Shown here piece by piece: positions 13,227 through 25,998 of a DNA stretch of 64,000 nucleotides; position 1 is the first letter of the stretch, and the number at the start of each line of letters is the position of its first letter. The position numbers were made by a program, and so were the translations under genes. The notes below the pieces were generated by a model. It saw only the letters and a program-made list of their open reading frames with translations, did not search any database and was not told where the DNA came from. Source of the stretch: the human T2T-CHM13v2.0 reference genome, Homo sapiens. The stretch lies in NCBI RefSeq assembly GCF_009914755.1, contig NC_060947.1; one strand, 5' to 3'.

Positions 13227-14213
13227 GGCCCATATGCTGGTCTTGAATCAGTGTGCTTTTGACATTATTAATAATTAATTTATAGAGAAACTGAATTTAT
13301 TTTATGTCTCAAAATTGGTCCTTACAATTTCACATACCACTGCTTCCATGAAGCGTGTCTTGAGGGGTTGAGTAGCTTTAATTTTTGGTCCTGGGCCTTG
13401 AGGAGTTGAGTAGCTTTAATTTTTGGGCCTGTGTCTCAGGAATGCAGTTTATTTTGAATGGCATCTTCTACCAGGCCTGAAGATTGGGCTTTAATTGCTG
13501 TCAGTGTTTAAAATTTAGTAGGACTTGGTGTCCTTTTTAGACCCAGAAGTCAAAGCCCTGGAACTCAATGTCATAAGTATTTTAAAAGTGCATACAGAGA
13601 GATACATGGATGTAATAACCTTAATTTAAAAATATTAACCTCAGTTTGTTCTTAAGCAAAGCAAAACTTAGTAATAATATGACAACTTGATCACATAAGA
13701 CTTTTTGTGTCATTGTTTCTAAATTCTCTTATTGTGACTTACACAGACTGTTCAGGAAAGTCTTGGTCTTTCTGGCATGTCCTGAACATCCCACTTTCTT
13801 AAACAACTAGTCATTTTACTCTAGGGCTAAATTTACCATATAAGATTCTTTCTCATATGAAATTATTTCTCCTTAAATAATTTCATATTATTTCTTACCA
13901 AAAATAAACCCTGTTTATTTTTATAATTTTCTTTACATCTCTTTTATTTCCATGTTCCTTTTACCTTGTTTTATACATGACGTTTAAAAACCTTTGAATT
14001 ATTTTTTAAAAGGACACACTTTTTTTAGAAAGAATGTTTTTCTACAAATATATTTTTATTGGGAAATACTCAAATAAAATGTATAGTATTTAATTTAATA
14101 TATTATGACATTTGTCCACAAGTATTTATCCCATTACACTTACTTCATTATTTTATTTTAATTGTTTACCTAGATTATTTATGAAAACTGCAATAGTCAT
14201 CATTTGAAGTTAT

Positions 14214-14430
14214 TGAACCACTATTGCAAAATTATAAGTGAGATAGTGAAAAACATTTGACATAACTTACTCTATCTTGCTTTTAACCTCCAAGCTGTCC
14301 TTGTTCAGTCCTGGGTGTAGGCTGAACTAACTTTGGGAGAAATTTAGTTTATAGTTTAGCTTTGAAACAGAGAGGATAACAAACCTTACTGCCTGTGGAC
14401 TGAATCACCTAAAGCCACAATGTTAGAAGT
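14214..14430 (+). mobile_element. 5' fragment of an LTR8-like LTR embedded antisense in MER4-int
   Basis: tgcaaaattataagtgagatagtg..aacctccaagctgtccttgttcagtcctgggtgtaggctgaactaactttgggag matches the recalled LTR8 5' consensus. Confidence 0.7.
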
Positions 14431-16791
14431 TACAGTAATCTTACTAAATTCAAAATGTAGCTATTATTATTAAACCAATATCAATGCCTTATTTATAAAA
14501 ATTACACAAACAAAGATATTTTGTTTGGGGTTGGGTTTATAGTTTTGTAACCCCTGTGCCAAATTTTGACACCTTTTATTATTTGGCAGGGATAAGTATG
14601 AAATTTCCTGATTAATAAATGCAAACAAAAATGTATGCTGGCAATTCTTAAGACATTTCTAATATTACCTAACAAGTAATTTTAAAGCTAGCTTATTTAT
14701 AAAAGATTTTACTTAAGTTACATAAACTTAAAAAAGCATTTGACTAGTCTTTTCTTTTTTCCTGATAAAGTATTTGATTCAAGCACTTTTATTTTCTTAA
14801 GCCAATTAGTTAGATCTCTTTTATATATTTTCAGTAATAAAACATTGTGTACACAAAACATAAATACATAGCTGTATTAGGCATACAGATAGAAGTACAT
14901 ATTATAGATTCCTACAACCTCCTTTGTTTCCTTAGACTAGCAAACTCTTGATGACCTGTTTCATTACTCTGTCAGTTGTCAAGTAAATAGCCCTAAATCT
15001 GCATATTGAAGGAAACAACTCTTAGATAAAAAATCAGATAGCAAAATTTACATCTCAATGTATAGAAAGAATAAGTCTGGTGGTTGCAGGGGGAGATTAA
15101 AGGTTGGTACCAAGTCAAACATAAAATGTATAGAAATCTATGATAGGATTTTATAAAGAGACCAATTTTATTTAGATAGAGACTGCCTATCTTTTAGCTG
15201 GATCACTGAGCTCTGGGCAGAGCCCACACTGAATCCTGGGTCTCCAAAAAGGGAGAATTATTATGAGGCTAGACAACATGATGCTTTTATAGTGCACTTA
15301 AATTTTTTAACAAAGACATTTCTAAGTGTCTACACTCTTCCTTAAAAACCCAAGTATGCTCTGCTGCAATAACTATTTTAGTTAAAATATCAGGTAACGC
15401 AATACAAAATCAAGCAGTTTAAGAACTGAGATAAACTTCTCTGTTTACATTATTGGGGTTCCATAAGGAAAAACAGATGTTTCTCCTCACAAAGGGAGTC
15501 TGGTGCCTTCTCCATTTTCTTTAAGGAAGCTCAGGCTATTATAAACTATTTTAGGTCCCTCATGCAGCAGAGGGTGCAAAAGAAAGGAGAGACAGCAGAA
15601 GTAAATGAAGAAAACAGAATTCAGTCAACTGAGAAGAAAAAAACTTTGCTCAAAAAAAGACAAGGTTTTAGGAGGTAAATAAAAAACAAAGACATGAAGG
15701 CCTTTTAAATACAAACACGCACACATGCACACATACACACGCACACATACACACGCACATCTTGGATGTTAGTTTTTAATTAAGCTGACTTTTAACTATT
15801 ATACGTCTTGAAGAAAAGATTTTTAAATTTCATTTCCATATTTCAGCTAGGACAAATGGCTGCTATTTCAGAAGTACCAAATATCAAACAAGAAAGGGCT
15901 TGATTTAGGAATCAAACCCAGGCTGTCATGGTGAAAAAAGAAAAAAAGAAAGAAGGAAGAACGTGAGCTATAGAACTGACTTCAGTGTGAGGTGACAGCC
16001 ATTGCTCTTTCAGTTTGGCCTGGCCAGCAAAAAGTTGGCCTTGTTATGTATATAAAGCCCCTTAAGTAGTCAAAGTAAACAAGCTTTAATTTTTTTTCCT
16101 TTTGCTGGCTGTTTTTCTCCCCACCATACTACCTTTTTTTTTTTTTTTTTTTTTTTTGTGGGAATTTAGCCACTTCAGAGGCCTCATTCCCCAAAATTTG
16201 GAACTTTCCTTCAGATTTGATCAAGTCGGATAGAGCTGTTCAAGCCCAACTGGAAAAAGGCTGAAACAACAACAAAAACAGCACAAACAACAACAACAAA
16301 AACAGTAAGCAGTTAAGCAAAACAAATGATCACTTGACTTTTATTACTGAGCGGTCTAATGGTAAGGAGAAATGAAGACCAGCCGGCTGTTAATTTTTTT
16401 AGCCAAGACAAACCACAAGTAAGTTACTTACCTAGGGATTTGTCTCAGGCTGAAGGCTGCTCTCCACCATCCTAGAAGGAGGGAAAAAACTCATCTTTGC
16501 TGCTGGAAGTGAGCTTAAACTCCATAAAGGAGTTACCTGCCTTCCATCATCATGGAAGCAGGAAAAACTTGCCTTCTTTGCGTTGGAAACAAGTAAAACT
16601 CCAAAAAAAGGAGTTGTACAGCAAAATAAACTTTAGATTTTGATCAAATTTTGGGAGATCAGAGATTCACTGGAGGGGGTGCTTCCAGCCCTCAACAAAT
16701 TGTCCCATTGATTCGAGCCATAAAGATAGCTCCCGCTGGTACCAAGCACTGATGGGAGGTTTGTCAAAGGACAGGGGCACTTCCACTCAGA

Positions 16792-16809
16792 ATCCCTCCA
16801 TGGTTACAA
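16792..16809 (-). other. Retroviral primer-binding site, tRNA-Arg(TCG)-like
   Basis: Plus strand ATCCCTCCATGGTTACAA matches the recalled 3' end of tRNA-Arg-TCG (ATCCCTCCGTGGTTACCA) at 16/18. It lies 3 nt from the 5' LTR. Confidence 0.7.
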
Positions 16810-16812
16810 AAA

Positions 16813-17259
16813 TGTAAACCCTCAAAATCTGAGACAGGCCTCAGTTAATTTAAAAAGTTTATTTTGCCAAGGTTGAGGATGTGTGCCTGTGACGTAGCCT
16901 CAGGAGGTCCTGACAACATGTGTCTGAGGCAGTCAGAGCACATTTTGGTTTTGTAGATTTTAGGGAGACATGAAACATCAATCAACATATGTAAGATGAA
17001 CATTGGTTTGGTTTGGAAAGGTGGGACAGCTTGAAGTGGGGAGAAGGCTTCCAGGTCATAGGTAGATAAGAAACAAATGGTTGTATTCTTCTGAGTTTCT
17101 GATTAACTTCTCCAAAGCAGGCAATCAGATATGCATTTATCTCAAGAGCGGAGGGGTGACTTTGAATACAATGTGAGGCAGATTTGCCCTAAACAGTTCC
17201 CAGCTTGACTTTTCTTTTAGCTTAGTGATTTTGGGGCCCCAAGATATTTTTCTTTCACA
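16813..17259 (-). mobile_element. 5' LTR (MER4A/MER4A1-like)
   Basis: Direct repeat of 9561-10000, with 8 mismatches in the first 60 aligned bases. Confidence 0.9.
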
Positions 17260-18098
17260 GTAACTATATAGGTAAATATAAAAGCCAGAATTATTGCACA
17301 TTTGACTTTTAACTCCTCTTTTTTCCTATACAATTAAAAGTTAAGTGCATAAAGCAATCATTATTAATCAATGTTAATGTATACACAATGTATAAAAATG
17401 TCACCTGTGACAATAACAATATAAATAGGGAAGGACAAAGATGTATAGAAATGAAGTGTTTGTGTACTATTGAAACAGCATTATTATTCAAGCTAGTTAA
17501 GTTTATTGTATAAGATTAAGATGTTAATTGCAGTTGTCAAGGAAACCACTAAGAAAATAACTGAAAATATAAAGAAATGGAAAAAAGGGAATAAAAATTG
17601 TGCACTATAAAAAATAAAACAAATATAAAAAAGATCATAATGGAAAAATTGAAAAATAAGGTATAAATAAAACATGCAGACAACAAGTAGCTAAGTGACA
17701 GAAGTGTTTTCCCAGTTGGTAATTGTTTTAAATAAAAATGAATTGAACTCTTCAATTAAAAATAATACGGGCAGAATAGATAAAAACATGACACGTATAC
17801 ACTGCCTAAAAGACACTCTCTTTACATACAAAGACACAAAAAATTAAAACTAAAGAGGTGAAAAAGACATTTTACGTAAGTAGTAACCTGAAGAGAGAGT
17901 GACTATGCTAATATCAGACAAAAGAGATTTTAAGTCAAAAAGATTTATTTCAACAATGTACAAATACTTATCAAAATATTAAGAACATATCATATAGATA
18001 AAAGGTTCAATTCATTAAGAATATATAACAATTATAATAAATATATACTCACAACCAATATAGCTCAAAAGCATATGAGGAAAAAATGGATAGAATTG
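17260..18098 (+). mobile_element. Host L1M continued (inter-ORF and start of ORF2 EN)
   Basis: EN-like sequence (gctaatatcagacaaaagagattttaag, aaaggttcaattcattaagaa). Interrupted at 18099 and resumes at 19434. Confidence 0.75.
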
Positions 18099-19433
18099 GT
18101 CTTCTAGCCACTGTGTCTGGGCTCACTGAGGCTGTGCCTTTGGTTTATAGCCTGGAGATAGTTAGGGCCACAGAATCTGTAGTCCTAATATGGACTTACC
18201 ACGTTTTCATTCCTCATCTTTCCTACCAATACCATTGTATTTTTTCACATGGCTTGTTTGGAAACATGGTAAGTTGAAAACAGACAGTTGATACTTACCT
18301 GGCAGGGGAGATACCATGATCACGAAAACAGACAGTTGAGAGGTTTGCTAAGAAATTGAATAATATTTCAAGAAAAATATAAATATATTTTTTGTCCCGA
18401 AATCTCTCAAAAGTACAGGTCTACATATGTATTCCTGTCAATAAGTGTCAAAGAGTTGATCCAGGTATCCTGAAGGCCCATCAGAACAGCTTCATCTTGT
18501 ATAGCAATCTGTGATTGCCTAAGGAGCTAACTTTCTTGGTGGACCCATGAGAGGTGTGCTGTCAGTATGGAGAAAAAAAACAATGCACTAATTGTTGCCA
18601 GCTTTGAAAATGTAGTTGAGAACAAGCATTAGATCTGAAAGAAAAGTTCAAGGGCCCTTCGACATGGTTACCTCTGATTATCATTTAGCATCCTCTTCTT
18701 CACATGAAAAAACATAAGGAAGTAAAACCCAATTTTGGTGAATGCAACCCCCAGCTCTGCATATCAGATTTTAGAATTGATATTCTTTCCTTTTCCAATA
18801 TGGTTTTCTTTTGTCCAGAAAAAAAAAAATGAATGTACCAAGAAAATGGTCATCAGACTCACTAACCTACTCTTGCTCCATTAGTTATCCACATTAGGGA
18901 AGGAAAAATAAATTACATATTAAAATTGCAGTGACATGGGTACCTCTTCCTGTAATTCACTGGGACTAAAATCACTGGATTATCACGTTAGTTCCTCTCT
19001 AGCAACTTGTGTTTCTGTTGGTGTCATGCTGAGAGAAAGGTAGAAATGCCTGACTATATTTTAAAGGTTAAAATTTCATACTCAGAATTGTAAAATTAGG
19101 AGAATAAAAGTATCAAACTTATCTTTCTAGAGCAGTTATTGAGAATAATAATTCTCTTAAAAATATATGGACTGGAGATATATTTATTTTCATTAAGAAA
19201 CTTTATTAAAGTTAGTCAAACACCTGAGTTTTTAAATATTGGACTTTGAGAATTTATATACTGTGCACCAACTTTGTTGGATATGAGAACACTGTAGAAG
19301 TGGACAATTTATTCTAGTAATTTTGATCAAATTTATAGTCTGTTATTTATATATAAGGAAATTTTTTAATGTCACTGTTTAGAAGAATTGCATGAAATCA
19401 TTTGGTTACAAATAAAACGTAGTTTAAAAGAAA
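18099..19433 (+). pseudogene. BTG3 processed pseudogene (BTG/Tob family)
   Basis: Manual translation across frameshifts gives KHGKLK..VERFAKKL..QEKYK..RVDPGILKA..LPKELTFLVDP.EVCCQYGEK..IVASFEN..VTSDYH.ASSSS..VTWVP..NHWI, collinear with BTG3. Intronless, stop TAG 19000-19002, AATAAA 19411-19416, A-rich remnant, decayed TSD 18081-18098 / 19434-19451 (13/18). Confidence 0.9.
18291..18326 (+). pseudogene. 3'-truncated tailless U1 snRNA retropseudogene (U1 nt 1-36)
   Basis: ATACTTACCTGGCAGGGGAGATACCATGATCACGAA is the U1 5' end. Flanked by perfect direct repeat GAAAACAGACAGTTG (18276-18290, 18324-18338). No poly(A). Confidence 0.95.
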
Positions 19434-22400
19434 AATAAATGAGCAGAACTGAAGGCAGAAACAGTTCTACAATATTAGGTAGAGACTTCAATACTGTGCT
19501 TTCAATAATGGACAGAACAACCAAACAGAAAATGAATGAGAAGTAAGACTGGAGAAACACATAAATGAATTAGAACTAATGGATATATACAGAACACTAC
19601 ACACAAAAACAGCAGGATATAAATTCTTCTTTACTACACCTGGAAAATTCTCCAGGATAGCACATATGGTGGGCCACAAAACAAATCTTAATAAATATAA
19701 AAAGACTGAAACATTGTAAGTGATATTTTCTGATCAGAAAAAATGAAAATGGAAATAAATAACCAAAGAAAAACTTGGAAACCCATAGATATTTGGAAAT
19801 TAAGCAACAATATTGAACAATGCAGAGCCAAAGAAGAAATTAAAAGATATTTTTTAGATGTATTAGGAAGAATGAAAACATAAACACAACAAAACTTATG
19901 GGATGCAGACATAGCACTTTTCAGAAGGAAATATATAACTATAAACACCTAAATTACAAAGAAGCAAGATTACTGATCAATAACTTAAGCATAAACCTTA
20001 AGGAACTAAAAAAAAAGGTTAAAATAAACCTAAATATATCAGCAGGAAGGGAATAATAAATATTAGAGCAGAGATAAATAAAAATATGAAATAGACAATA
20101 GAATAAATCAAAGAAACTACAACCGTGTTCATTGAAAATATCTACAAAATTGATAAGCCTTTAGGAAGATGTCAATTATTAAAAACAAAATGAAAGAGGG
20201 ACACCACTATCTACAGAAATGAAAAGGATCATAAGAGAATGCTATACTGAAAACCACTAAAGAGAATGTATCACTATTCAAAAACCTCACAATAAAGAAA
20301 AGAACAGGAATAGGTAGCTTCACTCATGAATTTCACCAAACATTTAAAGAGGAATTATACCAATTCTTCTCAAAAGCTTTCAAAATATAAAAAAAATTCA
20401 TTCTATGTGGCCAAATTTTTCATAACACCAAAGCTAAACAAAGACACTACAAAAAAGAAAATTACAGATTAATATTGTTTATGAATATATATGTAAAAAC
20501 TCTCAACAAAATACTAGCAAACCTAACTCAGCAACATATTAAAAGAATTATTCATTATGATGAAATGGGATTCATCCCAGGAATTCAAAAGCAGTTTATC
20601 ATATGTAAATCAATCAAAGTAATACACCACATCAACAGAATGAAGAAAAGGCTGCCACGTAAAAAAACATAAACAACATAATCTCAAATGATGATGCACA
20701 GAAAGCTTTTGGCAAAGTCCAAAACCTTTTTATAATGTAAACAATCTATTAACTAGACGTATAAGGAAATATCCTCAACATGACAAAGACCACATATGAA
20801 AAACCTAACAGCTAACATCATACTCAATAGAGAGAGATTACAAGATTTGACCCTAAGATCAGGAAGAAAAAAAGGATGGCTGCTTTCCCAATTCCTATTC
20901 AAGTATAGTACTGAAAGTTGTACCCAGATCAATTTAGCAAGAACAAGATTTAAAAATGCATCTAAACTGGAAAGGGAGAAGTAAAATTATCTCTGTTTAC
21001 AGACGATATGTACTTACATGTAGAAAATTCTACGGAATAAAAATATACACAGAAACATTAGAGCTAATAAACAAATTTAGCCAGCTTGTAGGATATGAAA
21101 TCAACAAGCATATATCAGTTATATTTCTATACATTATTAAAAACCAGCCTGAAAAGAAAATGAATTAATTCAATTTACAACAGAATAAAATCATAATTAG
21201 GAATGAACTTAGGCACAAAACGTGTACACTGAAAACTGGAAAACATTGCTGAAAAAAGTCAAAGATACACATATATGTCAAAGTATATCATTTATGCATA
21301 TATTGGAATACTTGGCATTATTAAGATAACAATACTAAAAATGTGATATACAAATTCAACACATTCCTTATTAAAATTTTAATGGTGTTTGTTACAAAAA
21401 TGGAGAAACCTGTTCTAAAATCCAAATCTATTGGATTTTAAGGTTTTCAAGGGACCCCAAATAACCAAATTAATTCTGAAAATGCAGAACAAAATTGGAG
21501 AACTCACACTTCCTAATTACAAAATTTACTGTAAAGCAACTGTAATAAAATCAGTGTGGTCGTAGCATAAAGATAAGCTTATATATTAATGGAATCGAAT
21601 TGAGAGTTCAGAAACAAACCTATACATATAAGTTCAATTGATTTTCAACAAGGGTGTCAAGACCATACAATGGGAAAAAACAGTATCTTCGATAGTGTTG
21701 GAAAAACAGGATAGTCATATACAAAAGAATGAAGCTGGACAATTATCTCATGCTGCATAAAAAAATTAACTCAAAATGAATAAAAACCCTAAATGTAAGA
21801 ACTGACACCACAAGATTCTCAGAAGAAAACATAGGAGTAAATCTTCATGACCTTGAAATTGGCAATGGTTTCCTAAATATGATACCAAATGAAAATGAAG
21901 AAAAAAATAAATTGGACTTTAACAAAATTAATTTTTGCACATCAAATGATAATGTCAAGAGAGTAGAAAGCCAAACCAATAAACAGGAGAATAAAACTCA
22001 CATATATTATAGCAGTGTAATATCTGGACTATATAAAGAACTCCTAAACTAGACTGCCAAACTACACACAAGCCAATTAAAAAATAGGCTAAGGACTGAC
22101 TAAATATTTCTCCAAAGAAGATATAGAAATAGTAAATAAGCACATAAAAAAATGCTAGACACCACTAACCATTATGGTAATGCAAATAAAAATCACAATG
22201 AGATACCACTTTCGAATGGCTATTATTGAAAAAACAAGAAAACTAGCAGTGTTTTCAACAAGGAGAATAAAATACTCTTACATTGATGATGGGAGTGTAA
22301 AATGGTGAGGCTACTGGAAAAGCACTCTGGCAGTCCTCAAAAAGTTAAAAAAAAGAATTAGTAAATGACCCATAAAATACACTTACCAGTATATAGCCAA

Positions 22401-22445
22401 AAGAATTCAGCGGGGACTCAAATAGATACTTGCACAACATTTACA
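19434..22445 (+). mobile_element. Host L1M ORF2 (EN to RT to C-terminus), degraded
   Basis: ORFs [55 protein letters not shown] match L1 ORF2p. Confidence 0.85.
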
Positions 22446-22492
22446 ACAATGTGCAAAGAAAAATATATAGAAACATAAAATGTGAAAACACT

Positions 22493-22498
22493 TTTATT
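22493..22498 (-). terminator. Polyadenylation signal of the ACTRT1-like gene
   Basis: AATAAA on minus ~93 nt after the stop, followed by GT/T-rich sequence (GTGTTTTCACATTTTATGTTTC). Confidence 0.6.
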
Positions 22499-22590
22499 CA
22501 ACATCCTGAAAAAGCCTTAAGGACAGTGGCACCTCCCACTGGTGCTTCTGTGATCTCACCTATCGGGTTGTTCCCTGAGCTCAAGGATCT

Positions 22591-23718
<1,128 letters not shown>

Positions 23719-24327
23719 GTCTATAGCATGTTCTTCTGGACTTCCCCAAAATAAAGAAAGAACACTTAGGTTACTTTATGAGAAAACAGACACCTTTGGA
23801 AGTTTTAAGGCCACAGGGTTCCAAAATTCTCAGGTTGTCACCCAGGCAGAGCTAGCTGGCAGCCTCCAATCCACTAAAATACCCCATCCTCAATCCCTGA
23901 GTCTTGTCTCCTTTCTGTAGACCCAGGATCTGCTGAAACAATTTCAGGGATGATTGCCCTCTGTGTAACAATCCAGACAAGGCCACAGTTGTCCTCGGTG
24001 AGCATCAGAGGGCAGGGGTCTTCAAGCAACTAGTACTTCCTAGTTTGTCATATATGAAACCAAGGAAGGCAAACCATTCCTATAGAGAGCTTTGATACGC
24101 CTGTGACTCCAAAGGAGAGGCCTCTAGTTATAGAACAAAGTGAAGCTGCCAGTGTTTGTCCCATAGTCCTTCTCTCTCTGCTCTGCTGAGCTGCTTATTG
24201 TGGAATGACAAAAATACATTTCCTTTTGAAGGAGAAAAACTAAGCACTAGATACAGGTGAATTTCTGATTTGAGATACCTGCAACTCAGTTCCAGCAGGC
24301 ATTTAGAATGTACTTTTTTTCTCTTAC

Positions 24328-25045
24328 ATTTTCAAAAACAATTTTATTGAGATAATTTTACATAACAACCAATTTACCCCTTTGCAATTATATAACTCAA
24401 TGTTTTCTAGTATATTTGCTGATATCCGCACATTACAAAAGTAAATCAAAATATTTTTATCACTAAAAAGAAACCCCATATTCTTTAGCTATCATCACCC
24501 TCTCTTCAAACCATCCTCCAGATCCTTAAACGACCACTAACGTATTTTCCATCTTTATGGATTTACCAGTTCTTCATATTTCTTACAGTGCAATAATAAA
24601 ATATATGGTATTTTGTGACTGGCTTCATTCACTTTACATAATGTTTTCAAGATTCATTCAATGTTCGCATATAATACATTTTGTTTATCCATCTATCAGT
24701 TGATAGACATTTGGATTTCTTTCACTATTTGACTACTATAAAATATGCGGCTTGAAACAATCTTGTATATATTTGTGTGTGAATTTATATCTTCATTTCT
24801 TCCAGTTACATATCTAAAAGTGGAAAAGCTGAGTCATATATGGTAACTCTAAGTATAATTATTTCTGGAACTTTTAGTCTTTTTCTCAAAGTGTCTGAGA
24901 CATTTAAGTTCCTAATGGCAGAGTTAGTGAGGTTCTCCACATGTTTGCCAATGCTAATTAATACATTTTTTATTCTAGGCATCACAGTAGGTATGAAGTG
25001 GCATCTCAGTATGGTTTAGACTTGCATTTCATTGATGACTAGTGA
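24328..25045 (-). mobile_element. Old L1M (L1MB-like) 3' fragment
   Basis: ttttattgagataatttacataac, gactggcttcattcactttacataatgttttcaagattcattca and other L1M 3' features in reverse. Confidence 0.75.
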
Positions 25046-25049
25046 AAAA

Positions 25050-25990
25050 GGAAATGCAAATCAAAACCAAAATGATATTACTTCACAATCACTAAGATGG
25101 CTGTTACAGCACAACAGAAAATATCGAGTGTTATTGAGGATGTGGAGAAATTGGAGACCTCACTTATTGCTGGTGGTAATATAAAATGGTTCAGTCACTG
25201 TGTATCTTATTCATTTTCTGCTGATATAACAAATATCACAGACTGGGTAATTTAAAAAAATGTGTATTTGGTTCACAATTCTAGAGGCTAGGCAGTCTAA
25301 GAGCATAGTGTCAGCACCTAGTGAGGGTCACCACATAATGGAAGGCATAGGGAGAGAAAAAATGGGGACAGTATTAATCCTTTTGTCAAGAGCCCAGTCT
25401 GGTGATAACAAACCCATTTCCATGATAACAGCATTAATCTATTCATGAGGGCTTTACCCTCATAAACAAATCTCCTCTTAAACATCCCCATCTTAATACC
25501 ATCAAAATGGCAATTAAATTTCAACATGAGTTTTGGAAAGGACATTCAAAACATAGTGCTGTCGAAAAAATATTTTGGCAGGCCCTTAAAAAGTTAAACA
25601 TAGAATTGATATTTGACCTAATGATTCCACTCCTAGGTATATACCCACAAAATGAAAAGAAGTTACTCAAACTAATAATATTTTGCAAATGTTAATTAAC
25701 AGCCCTATTGACAATAGCCAACAGATGGAAACAACACAAATGTCCATTAATGGATGAATGGATGAACAAATTGTGATATATATATATGTGTGTGTGTGTA
25801 CATGAATAATAAGCCATAAAAATAGTTTACACAGAACTTCTGAAGGATGGCTAAACCTTGAAAATGCTAACAGAAACCAGACAAAAAAGGTCACATATTG
25901 TATGATTCCATGAAATATTCAGAATAAGAGTCTGTACTCATAGAAATATAAAGCTAATTGGTGTTTGCCAGGTTCTATCAGCAGAGGGGA
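25050..25990 (+). mobile_element. Old L1M (L1MB-like) 3' fragment, interrupted by an MST LTR and then THE1D
   Basis: gaaatgcaaatcaaaacc..; peptide [21 protein letters not shown]; tail resumes 28350-28440. Confidence 0.75.
25203..25558 (-). mobile_element. MST-family (MSTD-like) solo LTR
   Basis: Contains cagactgggtaattt, gcattaatctattcatgaggg, aatttcaacatgagttttggaaaggacattcaaaacatag. TSD CTGTG/CTGTC. Confidence 0.8.
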
Positions 25991-25998
25991 TTAGCATG

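Noticed and set aside
18291-18326. Functional U1 snRNA gene
   Set aside because: Only 36 of ~164 nt are present, with no Sm site or snRNA promoter context, and it is flanked by a TSD.
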